Part shown: piece by piece, positions 39,441-49,719 of the stretch
Numbering within the stretch: the first letter of the stretch is position 1
Layout: each line of letters begins with the position of its first letter
NCBI GenBank assembly: GCA_963675755.2
Contig: CAXXMD010000003.1
Location: 3,520,001-3,584,000 of the forward strand
Direction: 5' to 3'
DNA length: 64,000 nt
Origin: a bacterium
GTDB lineage: Bacteria; Zhuqueibacterota; Zhuqueibacteria; Residuimicrobiales; Krinioviventaceae
Program-made: the position numbers and the translations under genes
Notes under the pieces: generated by a model
The model's database searches: none
What the model saw: only the letters and a program-made list of their open reading frames with translations
What the model was told of the DNA's origin: nothing

Positions 39441-41765
39441 TTATTTTAAAAGCTTGATTTCCGGTCTTGCAGGACCCGAGTAAGGTTCGGCACCCTGATT
39501 TTTTTCTTTAGGTTCCGGTGCAGTTGTCAGATTTTTATCTGTAACTGTTGGCGCTGTGATAAATCCATGATATCTGCCCATCCAGTAATCGCGTAAAAAT
39601 CCGGTTGGTTCTTTGATACGGTAACCACCGCCACCATCATAGTTTAATGCATTACGACTGCCGCCCTTTACAGATGCTTCACGGGGAGATATGGCCCGGG
39701 TTCCACCTGCTAACGGTACATAGCCCTCTTCGGGTTGCAAATCATCACGATGTGAATTTGTATAACGGTATGTATGGCAATCCAGGACCCATTCTCTCAA
39801 ATGCTTGACCGATTCATCTACTTCACAGTCATTTCCAGTGATTGCACCATACGTAAAGTTGTACCAGGGAATATGTTCCAGGCGTTTCAGTTCATAAGTA
39901 CGCTCCAGACTGCGCAGATAGATTGAGAGCAGATTGGGATCATCTACATAGCGAAAAAGAGTGTAATAACACCGGTTGGCAAGGTTGTCATCCCATGGTG
40001 CAATATCTTCTGGGGGATATGTGATTTTTTGTCTTACCGTGTAATTTTGGTAACCCCATTTCATTAGTTGGTCAAAACCTTTTTGATATTTTTTATCACC
40101 ACTGACTGCGAATGCTGTTTTCATATAGGTTTGTGCCTGCATGCCGTTTAATCCTCTGGCAACATATCCATAGGGGCGCAGCAGGTAATCAGGGTCCCAA
40201 CGACCCCAGCGTGTGGGTTTACCATCCATGTCTCTTAAAACCCAGCCATTTTCTAAAATGTGGGTGGCGATATTGGACAGGTGTTGTGCTGCCAATTCTT
40301 TTTCTTCACCTTTTGCTACCAGATCATGAAACAGGGAAACTGAGTAGATATGCGCATCTACTTCGTCGCTCGATGTGTCGCCCTTCCAGTACCATTTCCC
40401 ATCATCTGTGGGATACCATTTTGCCGGAAGTCCTCCCGAGCCTTCGGTAGCCATATTGTCCTTGTCACCTGTGGGGGACCAGATTGCACGTGCAATGAAT
40501 CCTTTTTTAGGAGTGATCTGATCCAGCCAGACCATGGCTTTAAAAGCGTCAACTGCATTTTTACGAGCGGTTTCGTCACCAGTTACCGCATATTTATAAC
40601 ACATGGCTGCAAGATAAGGAGCTGTATGACCACCGTCATTGTCGCTGATCTCTCTAACCCAGCCCTTGTTATCTCCACCCCAGTAAAGAAGGTGTAAAAA
40701 TCCCATGCGTCTGTGGCCGTAATTGTCGATGAGTTTTTCATAATAGTCTGCTTTTTTGGCTAGTGTATAAGGCTCATACGAGATAATGCCCAAGCCCTTG
40801 TCCGTTGCAATAACAACTTTATTTGCTCCAACAGCAATATCATGTACATTATTACCGGGCAGCCAGAGTTGAGGGCCAAAATAGTGCCAGTCATCTTTAA
40901 GCATGCGGACAGCACCGGTAGTTGTGCCTATCCACAGATCCTGATCAAATCCCTGGGCCAGACATGTTGTGTTTTCGCTTGGCAATCCATCTGTGCCTTG
41001 CAGAGTTGTCATTGAGGCGCCGCGCAGCACAGCCAGACCACGGTCTGTAGATATAAACAATCGGCTTCCCATGGCCATTAAATCGTTGGTGTTACTGGAA
41101 GGAAGCATGCCCCAGTCAAAAGCTGTATCATTCACAATACGGCCGTCAAATAGTACGAGCTTTCCGGGACGAAGAATATAAAGTGTACCACTGTAGGACT
41201 GGATCCTGTGAATAGGGCCGAGGTGAACCGGATGAGATAATACCTGAGATCCGTCTTCCATAACAACAGTTATATCGCTTGATAAATAACCGTCTTTGGG
41301 TTCAATGTCAACGAATTCATTGTTTTCAAGCTTGTAAATATCATTGCGGGTAGCAGCATGGACCAGACCGTTATGCATACACATATCAACAACCGGTTCA
41401 TCAATCAAACTCTTCCAGGATTTATCCAGTCTGAACAGGCCCTTGTCGGTCAATGCCCACAGTTTGTTACCCATGACTTCCAGGCGAGATACATTTTGGG
41501 GTGAAATATCCATAGGGACGAATTCGTCATTCAGTACGGTATGTATTTTTGAATCAATAACCGTAAAGATTTTATCGTTAAACAATGCAACCGATTCTAT
41601 TGGTTTATCACTCTTGATTTTATGGGAAACTTCTTGAAGATAAACATCATCTTTTGCCGGTTGCCACAATTGATGAGAAGGGTGAAATAATCCGTCTGCA
41701 AGTAATCCTGAAAAGGAAGAGAGAATTAGTATGGTCAGGAGTATTGGTTTAAGATTTCTGGTCAT
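39441..41765 (-). CDS. Secreted hypothetical protein: beta-propeller plus helical (glycoside-hydrolase-like) domain
   Basis: Signal peptide, DGLPS..LWIGT propeller repeats, acidic motifs SDNDG and GDTSSDE. Confidence 0.65.
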   Translation of the reverse strand: MTRNLKPILLTILILSSFSGLLADGLFHPSHQLWQPAKDDVYLQEVSHKIKSDKPIESVALFNDKIFTVIDSKIHTVLNDEFVPMDISPQNVSRLEVMGNKLWALTDKGLFRLDKSWKSLIDEPVVDMCMHNGLVHAATRNDIYKLENNEFVDIEPKDGYLSSDITVVMEDGSQVLSHPVHLGPIHRIQSYSGTLYILRPGKLVLFDGRIVNDTAFDWGMLPSSNTNDLMAMGSRLFISTDRGLAVLRGASMTTLQGTDGLPSENTTCLAQGFDQDLWIGTTTGAVRMLKDDWHYFGPQLWLPGNNVHDIAVGANKVVIATDKGLGIISYEPYTLAKKADYYEKLIDNYGHRRMGFLHLLYWGGDNKGWVREISDNDGGHTAPYLAAMCYKYAVTGDETARKNAVDAFKAMVWLDQITPKKGFIARAIWSPTGDKDNMATEGSGGLPAKWYPTDDGKWYWKGDTSSDEVDAHIYSVSLFHDLVAKGEEKELAAQHLSNIATHILENGWVLRDMDGKPTRWGRWDPDYLLRPYGYVARGLNGMQAQTYMKTAFAVSGDKKYQKGFDQLMKWGYQNYTVRQKITYPPEDIAPWDDNLANRCYYTLFRYVDDPNLLSIYLRSLERTYELKRLEHIPWYNFTYGAITGNDCEVDESVKHLREWVLDCHTYRYTNSHRDDLQPEEGYVPLAGGTRAISPREASVKGGSRNALNYDGGGGYRIKEPTGFLRDYWMGRYHGFITAPTVTDKNLTTAPEPKEKNQGAEPYSGPARPEIKLLK

Positions 41766-41948
41766 AAAATTTCTCCTTATTTTTATTGATTTTCCCTGAA
41801 AAGAGTGTATATTAAATTAAAATATGTATCTTTGAATAACAGCATTTTATTGGTGAAATAAAAGTAAAATTTTGTTATTTATAAACCGAATGCTGTATAA
41901 CTGATCTGGTAAAACCATTCCGAAATGCGGGTAGGAGAAGCGATAAAA

Positions 41949-43289
41949 ATGAAGGTCTTTGATCGTTATTTTTCCATCACACAAAAATATTCTGCATTCT
42001 GGAGGAGTTATGTTTTCTGGAAAATTGATCAGTTAAATCATGGGGAAATGCGGCAACATTATATTGATATCTCTCAGGCTTTTGTCGATCCATTAAAAGC
42101 CCATGAACAGGTGCAAAGCAGACTTTTATCTTTGATTAAACATGCCAAAGAAACAACAAATTATTATCAGGATTATGATGAAACAAGTGATTATACTGAT
42201 TTACCCGTTATTGAAAAGGATTTGATTAGGGAACGATTTAATGACTTTATATCGATCAAGTATGATCGCCAAAACCTGGGCACCTTGTCTACCAGTGGCT
42301 CTTATGGAATCCCCTTTATTTTTTATGTGACACGAGAAAAAATTAAAAGACAACATGCTGAAATTTTATATTTTAACGAGTGGGCCGGATATAATCTGGG
42401 AGCCCGCATGATACAATTGCGGGTATTTGAACGCTCCTGGTTGTACTTTTTCTCACAGAATTGCCGAAAAATTGATCCCAAACGTATTGATAAAAGCTGG
42501 TATGAGAAATCAAGAAAAATCATAAAAAACAGACGAAACCATTTTCTTGTTGGGTATCCCGGTGCTTTGATTCAGTTAGCCAGATATTGTGAAGAAAAGG
42601 GGGATGGCCCTCAGGATTTTACGTTTAAGGGTATAGTATGCAGTGCTGAACCCATGACAACGGATATGCGTAATACATTCAATCGTGTTTTTGGCTGCCC
42701 GATATATGACCGTTATGCGGCAGTAGAGTTGGGAGTGATTGCTCATGATTGTCCCAAGTGCGGTTTGAGGCATGTGAATTTCCCCAGTTATTATGTGGAA
42801 TTGTTGAAACTGGATAAAAATGAACCTGTTGAGCCAGGTGAGATTGGAAGAGTGGTTGTTACAGATCTCTTTTCACATGCCATGCCCCTGATACGATATA
42901 ATACCGGGGATTTGGCTAGCTGGGTGACAAAAGGACGATGTAACGATTTATACCCCACATTGAGCAGAATTGATGGACGTTGTCGTGAAATAATTTATGC
43001 TGTAGACAAGACACTTGTTTACCCCAGCAGTATCAATAATGCTATTGCAGATCATGGAAATGAAAAAGAATTGTTGCAATATCAGTTTGTACAAACTGGT
43101 GATAAAGAATACGTTTTAAAATTGGTAGTAACCTCTGCATTTGATCATCAGGAAATTCTTGAAAATCGACTGCGGGAATTGATTGGTAAAAATGCTAATC
43201 TTCGCTTCGAATATGTGGATAATATTCCGCCACTCTCTTCCGGAAAACGTCCGCTTATTTATAATACCCTTGGGGAACATTTTAATTAG
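41949..43289 (+). CDS. Phenylacetate-CoA ligase / CapK-like adenylate-forming enzyme
   Basis: STSGSYG, GYP, SAE, RYAAVELG, MPLIRYNTGD, DGR, SGK. Confidence 0.85.
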   Translation: MKVFDRYFSITQKYSAFWRSYVFWKIDQLNHGEMRQHYIDISQAFVDPLKAHEQVQSRLLSLIKHAKETTNYYQDYDETSDYTDLPVIEKDLIRERFNDFISIKYDRQNLGTLSTSGSYGIPFIFYVTREKIKRQHAEILYFNEWAGYNLGARMIQLRVFERSWLYFFSQNCRKIDPKRIDKSWYEKSRKIIKNRRNHFLVGYPGALIQLARYCEEKGDGPQDFTFKGIVCSAEPMTTDMRNTFNRVFGCPIYDRYAAVELGVIAHDCPKCGLRHVNFPSYYVELLKLDKNEPVEPGEIGRVVVTDLFSHAMPLIRYNTGDLASWVTKGRCNDLYPTLSRIDGRCREIIYAVDKTLVYPSSINNAIADHGNEKELLQYQFVQTGDKEYVLKLVVTSAFDHQEILENRLRELIGKNANLRFEYVDNIPPLSSGKRPLIYNTLGEHFN

Positions 43290-43391
43290 CCGTTCCCGGT
43301 TAAATAATTTTATATAGCGTTTAATGAAAATTTTGTTATCTTATGCACAGATTAATTTACTTGTCAGATAATTTCAAATGAGGTATGGGAT

Positions 43392-45182
43392 ATGTTTCAT
43401 GTCATAGACTGGATTATTCTTGCTGTATTTTTTGTCATTGTTTTGTCCATTGGATTAGTGGTATCCCGCAGAGCGGGTAAAAGCAGTGCAGAGTTTTTTC
43501 TATCGGGCCGTAATATGCCCTGGTGGTTGCTGGGTGTTTCAATGGTAGCTTGTACATTTTCAGCGGACACTCCAAACCTGGTAACGGATATAGTTAGGAA
43601 TAATGGTGTCGCCGGTAACTGGGCCTGGTGGGCATTTTTATTTACAGGCATGTTGACAGTGTTTGTTTATGCCAAACTTTGGCGCCGGTCTGAAGTCATG
43701 ACTGATCTCGAATTTTACGAGATCCGTTACAGCGGCAAGATGGCTGCCTTTTTACGAGGATTCAGAGCTATATATCTGGGCCTCTTTTTTAATGTCATGA
43801 TTATGGGGGCGGTTTCTCTGGCCGCAATCAAGATTGGTGAAGTAATGTTTGGCTTTAACCATTTTACAACAATTATTCTGGCATCTTTTGCCGTTGTTGT
43901 TTATGCGACTTTGGGTGGTTTGAGAGGTGTGATCTTTGCCGATTTTTTCCAGTTTGGAATTGCCATGGTAGGTTCTATTGCTGCGGCAGTGATTGCTGTA
44001 AAACAACCCGAGATTGGCAGTTTTAGTGCATTGATCAGTCATGAAGCGTTGCAGGGCAAGTTGAGTGTTTTCCCTGATTTCTCTGACATGTCTGTTGTGA
44101 TTCCTTTGTTTATTATTCCCATTGCGGTTCAGTGGTGGAATGTCTGGTATCCCGGTGCAGAGCCGGGCGGTGGCGGTTATATTGCACAACGTATGCTTTC
44201 TGCCAAAGATGAAAAAAATGCGATTGGAGCAACCCTGCTTTTTAATATTGCGCATTACGCATTACGTCCCTGGCCATGGATCGTTGTAGCACTGAGTTCC
44301 ATCATCATTTTCCCGGAGTTGAGCGATATCCATGCACGGTTCCCGGATATTAATCTCTATTACCTCAAAGATGATATTGCGTATCCCGCAATGATGACGC
44401 TGTTACCCAAAGGTCTGTTTGGTCTTGTGGTTGCTTCTTTAATTGCGGCATACATGTCTACAATTGGTACGCATTTGAATTGGGGTGCTTCATATATTGT
44501 AAACGATTTTTATAAACGTTTTGTAAAACCCAACGCTTCTGAAAAAGAACTGGTGGGTGCAGGTCGTTTGTTGACTATAATATTAATGGTTTTGACAGCT
44601 ATTGTTGCATTGTGGTTACAAAATGCAAAACAGGCATTTGATATTTTATTACAGATTGGCGCCGGTACCGGATTGATTTTTATTATCCGCTGGTTCTGGT
44701 GGCGTATTAATGCCTATACAGAAATTTCTGCCATGATTATTTCTTTTGTTGTTGCTGTATTTTTTAAAATTGTAATCAAGGCACCTGAGGCCGGTATGGA
44801 AGCTGCCTGGTATCAGATGTCACATTGGCAGTTGGTAGCCGGTATTGTCATTACTACTATTACCTGGCTGGTTGTGACCTTTTTAACCCGTCCTGAAGAT
44901 GATGAGACTCTGAAACGATTTGTAAAATTGACGCGACCCGGTGGTAAAGGCTGGACACATATTAATGAACTGCTTTATAAAGAAGGGCACAAGCCTATTG
45001 AACATCAGCTGGCATTAGAAATTTTTTGTATGGTTATAGGTGTGTTTACTGTGTATAATACTTTATTCGCTACAGGATTTTGGCTGTATGGTCAGGTTGT
45101 TGGAGGTGTTATCAGTACAATTTTTGCTGTTATAGGTACTGTTATTTTGTTAAAAGTGTTTGGAAAATTGCGTACAAGTTGA
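43392..45182 (+). CDS. Sodium:solute symporter
   Basis: FFLSGRNMPWW, QRMLSAKDE, about 13-14 TM helices. Confidence 0.92.
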   Translation: MFHVIDWIILAVFFVIVLSIGLVVSRRAGKSSAEFFLSGRNMPWWLLGVSMVACTFSADTPNLVTDIVRNNGVAGNWAWWAFLFTGMLTVFVYAKLWRRSEVMTDLEFYEIRYSGKMAAFLRGFRAIYLGLFFNVMIMGAVSLAAIKIGEVMFGFNHFTTIILASFAVVVYATLGGLRGVIFADFFQFGIAMVGSIAAAVIAVKQPEIGSFSALISHEALQGKLSVFPDFSDMSVVIPLFIIPIAVQWWNVWYPGAEPGGGGYIAQRMLSAKDEKNAIGATLLFNIAHYALRPWPWIVVALSSIIIFPELSDIHARFPDINLYYLKDDIAYPAMMTLLPKGLFGLVVASLIAAYMSTIGTHLNWGASYIVNDFYKRFVKPNASEKELVGAGRLLTIILMVLTAIVALWLQNAKQAFDILLQIGAGTGLIFIIRWFWWRINAYTEISAMIISFVVAVFFKIVIKAPEAGMEAAWYQMSHWQLVAGIVITTITWLVVTFLTRPEDDETLKRFVKLTRPGGKGWTHINELLYKEGHKPIEHQLALEIFCMVIGVFTVYNTLFATGFWLYGQVVGGVISTIFAVIGTVILLKVFGKLRTS

Positions 45183-45210
45183 TAGAAATATATGGAATGG
45201 TTCTTGAATT

Positions 45211-46620
45211 ATGAAATTTAGAGATTTATCTGAACAGAAAACAATAAATAATCCGATATTAAAAAATCATCCGGACCTGATTGCGATAGCCAAACAGGAA
45301 TTTGACCCGGATGATGAGATTATGATTGTCAAGGCACCGGGGCGTGTGAACCTGATTGGTGAACATACGGATTACAATATGGGTCCTGTATTGCCTTGTG
45401 CTATTGATAAAGAGATCGTTTTGATTGTTGTTCCTGTATCGTCATCAACAGTTAACGTTTCAAATGTTGATGCAGCATTTGATTGTGTTGAATTTGATAT
45501 TGATACAGAAATTAAGCCTTTTGATAAAGGGCATTGGGGCAATTATATCAAAGCCGGTGTTAAAGGTATTATAGAGCATTATGCAGAAACAGAAGTAGCT
45601 TTTAAAGGATTTAAAGCTATTGCCTCGGGCACGCTGCCAAAAGCGGCAGGCCTCTCGAGTTCTTCTGCGTTGGTGGTTGTATCTGCACTGGCTTTTCTTG
45701 CTGCAAATAAAATAGATTTGGACAAGCGCAGGCTTGCTGAACTTTGTGCGCATGCCGAGTATTTTGTAGGTACTGCCGGTGGGGGCATGGACCAGGCTGC
45801 CAGTTTGTTGGGCAAAGAAAATACCTTTTTGAAAATGGATTTTAATCCCTTGCGAATTGATCCCATACCCGCACCATCCGGTATGCAGTTGATGATCTTT
45901 CATTCATTGGTTCACGCTGAAAAAAGCGGGGAGATGCGCGAAGCTTTTAACCGCAGGGTACTTGAATGCCGTATGGGTGTGGATCTGCTGAATCGTTTTG
46001 CTGATGAACACGTGGAAGAATTTAATCCTGTTGAATATATTGGTCATGTAGATACAGAGCATACCGGTATGGAAGCAAAGTCTCTGGATGCGCTTGTGAC
46101 AAATTTTTTGGAATCCTTGAATGAAACATATTCTCTTGAAGAATTTCTGACTCTTTTTTCTCTCACTGAACAGGAATTATTTGACCGGTACAAGTCAATC
46201 ATGCGAAGTGATAAAATTGTTGAACCCAAAGAAGGATTTAAAATAAAATCCCGGTTTAGACATGTATTTACCGAATGTAAACGTGTGGATCAATCCATTT
46301 CCTGTTTAAAATCCGGTGACATGGAGTCTTTGGGAAAGCTAATCAATGCATCTCATACCAGTCTCTCAGAGGATTACGAGATATCCACTCCCGAGGTTGA
46401 TCAACTGGTAACGTTATTGAATGATAATGGTGCTCTGGGAGCAAGAATTATGGGCGCTGGTTTCGGCGGTGTAGTCATTGCATTGACAACACCGGAACAT
46501 GGAAAAAGTCTTGTTGAATCGATAATGGAACTATATTATAAAGACCGGGATGCAGCCGGAATTGAAAATCCTGTGCTGGCATGTGTTGTTGGTGACGGGG
46601 CAGGAGAAATCCAAATTTAA
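45211..46620 (+). CDS. galK: Galactokinase-family GHMP kinase (GALK2/GalNAc-kinase-like)
   Basis: APGRVNLIGEHTDY, PKAAGLSSSSA, GGGMDQ, GARIMGAGFGG. Confidence 0.85.
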   Translation: MKFRDLSEQKTINNPILKNHPDLIAIAKQEFDPDDEIMIVKAPGRVNLIGEHTDYNMGPVLPCAIDKEIVLIVVPVSSSTVNVSNVDAAFDCVEFDIDTEIKPFDKGHWGNYIKAGVKGIIEHYAETEVAFKGFKAIASGTLPKAAGLSSSSALVVVSALAFLAANKIDLDKRRLAELCAHAEYFVGTAGGGMDQAASLLGKENTFLKMDFNPLRIDPIPAPSGMQLMIFHSLVHAEKSGEMREAFNRRVLECRMGVDLLNRFADEHVEEFNPVEYIGHVDTEHTGMEAKSLDALVTNFLESLNETYSLEEFLTLFSLTEQELFDRYKSIMRSDKIVEPKEGFKIKSRFRHVFTECKRVDQSISCLKSGDMESLGKLINASHTSLSEDYEISTPEVDQLVTLLNDNGALGARIMGAGFGGVVIALTTPEHGKSLVESIMELYYKDRDAAGIENPVLACVVGDGAGEIQI

Positions 46621-46631
46621 GAGGTGACATC

Positions 46632-48071
46632 ATGGTTACCCGCAGACATTTTCTAAAAACACTCGGTATAGGTATGGGGGCTGCCATGCTGCCCGGGTGT
46701 TCTTTGATACAAAAATCCAAACCTAATTTTTTATTCATCCTGGTAGATGATTTGGGGATTACCGATCTGTCTTGTTACGGCAGCAGTTTTTATGAAACCC
46801 CCAATCTGGATAAACTTGCCGCATCCGGGACTCGTTTTACGGAAGCGTATGCCTCTTGTCCGGTTTGTTCACCTACACGTGCATCAATCATGACTGGTAA
46901 ATATCCAACCCGGTTAAATATTACGGACTGGATTCCGGGGAACGATCCCAAAGACCGCAAGCTTTTAGGTCCCCAGGACAAGCACGAGCTGCCCCTTGAA
47001 GAAAAGACCATTGCAGAAGCTTTGCATGAAAACGGATACAAGACTTTTTTTGCCGGTAAATGGCATTTGGGTGACAAGGGATATTTTCCGGAAGAACAGG
47101 GTTTTGATATCAATAAAGGTGGGCACCATGTGGGATCTCCGCCAAACGGTTATTACGTACCTTACAAAATTCCCAATTTACCGGATGGCCCTGAAGGTGA
47201 GTATCTCACTGACCGGTTGACCAATGAATCTATTCGATTTCTGGAAGAGACTGGCGGCAGTAATCCTTTTTTATTGTATCTGGCATTTTATACTGTGCAT
47301 ACTCCTATTGAAGCATGTGAACGACATTTTGCAAAATTTGAGGCCAAAGCAGCAGCTCTTCCTGAAACAGATGCACCGGTATACATTCAGGAATACGCGG
47401 GCCACACACGTCAGATCCAAAATCGGGCTGATTACGCCTCTATGCTCTATGCAATGGATGAAAATGTGGGCAGAGTATTGGATAAACTCGACGAATTGGG
47501 CCTTTCAGAGAATACGGTAGTTATATTTACTTCGGACAATGGCGGGCTGGCATCTCTTTATCCAAATCGGGATGCACCTACCGCCAATTTGCCCTACAGA
47601 GCGGGCAAGGGGTGGTGTTATGAAGGCGGAATCCGTGTGCCTTTGATCATAAGAACACCTGGAGCGCAGTCCTCTGAAAGTGATGAACCGGTTATCAGCA
47701 TGGACTTTTATCCTACCATGCTCGAGCTTGCGGGACTACCGGGCTTGCCGGAGCAGCATGTGGATGGGAAAAGTCTGGTACCCTTGCTGAATGGAGCGGA
47801 ACGTCTGGATCGGAACGCTTTGTACTGGCATTATCCTCATTATCATGGCAGTGCCTGGACTCCGGGAGCTACTGTAAGAGCACGAGACTGGAAGCTGATA
47901 GAGTTGTATCACGAGGAAAAGACAGAACTCTATAATCTCAAAGAGGATGTAGGTGAGCATCATGATCTGGCAGCTGATCGTCCGGATAAAGTTGAGGAAT
48001 TAAGAAATATGCTGCATCTCTGGCAAAAAGAGACGGGTGCATTGATGCCAAAAGTGAATCCGGATTATTAA
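46632..48071 (+). CDS. Formylglycine-dependent sulfatase with a Tat/lipoprotein signal
   Basis: TRRHFLK, DDLG, CSPTRASIMTG, GKWHLG, SDNGG. Confidence 0.93.
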   Translation: MVTRRHFLKTLGIGMGAAMLPGCSLIQKSKPNFLFILVDDLGITDLSCYGSSFYETPNLDKLAASGTRFTEAYASCPVCSPTRASIMTGKYPTRLNITDWIPGNDPKDRKLLGPQDKHELPLEEKTIAEALHENGYKTFFAGKWHLGDKGYFPEEQGFDINKGGHHVGSPPNGYYVPYKIPNLPDGPEGEYLTDRLTNESIRFLEETGGSNPFLLYLAFYTVHTPIEACERHFAKFEAKAAALPETDAPVYIQEYAGHTRQIQNRADYASMLYAMDENVGRVLDKLDELGLSENTVVIFTSDNGGLASLYPNRDAPTANLPYRAGKGWCYEGGIRVPLIIRTPGAQSSESDEPVISMDFYPTMLELAGLPGLPEQHVDGKSLVPLLNGAERLDRNALYWHYPHYHGSAWTPGATVRARDWKLIELYHEEKTELYNLKEDVGEHHDLAADRPDKVEELRNMLHLWQKETGALMPKVNPDY

Positions 48072-48083
48072 GATTAAATTTCC

Positions 48084-48135
48084 TTGTGAGTTGTTGAAAT
48101 TCTGTTTATATTTAGGCCTAAATTTGGACCTAAAT
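48084..48135 (+). promoter_or_regulatory. Toxin-antitoxin promoter with a tandem palindromic operator
   Basis: TTGTGA-17-TATATT; ATTTAGGCCTAAAT (48110-48123) and ATTTGGACCTAAAT (48122-48135). Confidence 0.6.
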
Positions 48136-48147
48136 ATGGAGTTTTAG

Positions 48148-48468
48148 ATGGGTGAATTAAATATTTCCAAAGATATTATTCCTGTTGGTGAATTTAAAGC
48201 AGGTTTATCAAAATGGTTAAAAAGTGTAAGAGAAACGAATCATCCATTAATCATAACACAAAATGGACGACCTGCGGGTGTGCTGCTATCACCAACTGAA
48301 TATGATGAGCTTGTTGCGATGAGATCATTTATTCAATCCGTTGAAAGGGGAATTGCTGATGCAGGATCCAATAAAGTCTATAGTACTCAGGAATTGAGAG
48401 AAGAATTGATTAATCACAGGGGGAATCGTAATAATGCAAGTGAGGTGGACTCGGGAAGCACTAGATAA
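48148..48468 (+). CDS. Phd/YefM family antitoxin
   Basis: IIPVGEFKA..PLIITQNGRPAGVLLS..EYD. Confidence 0.88.
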   Translation: MGELNISKDIIPVGEFKAGLSKWLKSVRETNHPLIITQNGRPAGVLLSPTEYDELVAMRSFIQSVERGIADAGSNKVYSTQELREELINHRGNRNNASEVDSGSTR

Positions 48469-48727
48469 ACTTTTATTAATTGATGATTTTATTGCAAAAG
48501 AGAATCCTAAACGCGCAAAGAATTTTGTGAATTTATTGATTGAAAAAGGTGACTCGCTCGCTGAATTACCTTATAGGGGACGGATTGTTCCAGAATTTAA
48601 CAATTCACAAATTCGTGAAATAATTGTTAAAAATTATAGACTTGTTTATAAAATATCTGCTGATATTATATATATAATTACTGTATTTGAGGGTCACAAA
48701 ATTTTGAAATTAAATAACTTGGATTGA
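48434..48727 (+). CDS. RelE/ParE family toxin
   Basis: VRWTREA..FIAKENP..A..LAELPYRGRIVPE..REII..YRLVY. Confidence 0.88.
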   Translation: MQVRWTREALDKLLLIDDFIAKENPKRAKNFVNLLIEKGDSLAELPYRGRIVPEFNNSQIREIIVKNYRLVYKISADIIYIITVFEGHKILKLNNLD

Positions 48728-48743
48728 TTTATTTAATAATAAA

Positions 48744-48773
48744 CCGGTTTCTGACAGGAGAGCCAGAAACCGG
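48744..48773. terminator. Stem-loop between convergent genes
   Basis: CCGGTTTCTG-N10-CAGAAACCGG. Confidence 0.65.
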
Positions 48774-48784
48774 ACATTAAGATT

Positions 48785-49705
48785 TTATCGTGTAACTGTT
48801 ATCCAGGTTGTGTCCGCAACAAATGAACCGAAAACACCAATACCGTCTCCTTCAATGGCAAATATGGGTTCGTGAAAATTGCCATCATCTTCCTGTACAT
48901 CCTCATAGGTGTCAATGAATTTACCGTAATTCTCATCTACAACCATGAGATTGATCTGGTGCCTGCCATAAAACCAGAGATCAGACCACCAAACTCTGAA
49001 ATCGGTTTGACCGGGCGTATCATCAATATTGATTATATAGTTGTATTCATCAATATACTCTTTGTAATGCTCAATTACATCCTGCTCATCTAATTTCTCA
49101 ATGGGATTATCATAGATAAAGGAATCAATTTCTGCATCCATGGCATTAACTACCATCATGTAGAAATCAGAGCCTACGGCATGGTCGAATGTGACCATAA
49201 ATTCCAACACCTCATTGTTTTCATCTTTTTGACGATATTGCAGTTCCGCATAATTGATTCCTGCTATTTTAAACGTGCCGGATGGCACAGTCGTTGTGGA
49301 TGATGCGTTCAAAGTCTGTCCATCGATAACAGCAGATACCTGAATGCTGTAGGTTTTATCATTTTCAACTAACACACTATTATCCGTGCAATACCAGTAA
49401 TAGTCATCCAGGGTCCCATTATTTGCAGAATGAAATGCCAGGTCATATGTGATATCATCCGTTTCGTTGGTGAGCAATACCTGCGTTGTGTTTGGATCCG
49501 GTATCAGGGATGCGTTGTTTAAATCAGTGCCTACAGGTACATTGCGTGTAATCCGAATATCTTTGATGGGGTTCCCTGCCGCTAAAAATCCTTCAATAAC
49601 GATTTTGGGCTCAAATCCGCTGTTGCTGGGTTCCATGGTCGCTTTACCACAAGCCATAATTAATAATGCGGGCAATATATATGATATGATTTTAAATATT
49701 TTCAT
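48785..49705 (-). CDS. DUF4249-like lipoprotein
   Basis: Lipobox LIMAC, KIVIEGFL, C-terminal IEGDGIGVFGS; follows a TonB-dependent receptor. Confidence 0.75.
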   Translation of the reverse strand: MKIFKIISYILPALLIMACGKATMEPSNSGFEPKIVIEGFLAAGNPIKDIRITRNVPVGTDLNNASLIPDPNTTQVLLTNETDDITYDLAFHSANNGTLDDYYWYCTDNSVLVENDKTYSIQVSAVIDGQTLNASSTTTVPSGTFKIAGINYAELQYRQKDENNEVLEFMVTFDHAVGSDFYMMVVNAMDAEIDSFIYDNPIEKLDEQDVIEHYKEYIDEYNYIINIDDTPGQTDFRVWWSDLWFYGRHQINLMVVDENYGKFIDTYEDVQEDDGNFHEPIFAIEGDGIGVFGSFVADTTWITVTR

Positions 49706-49719
49706 GTTGAATTCTCCTG

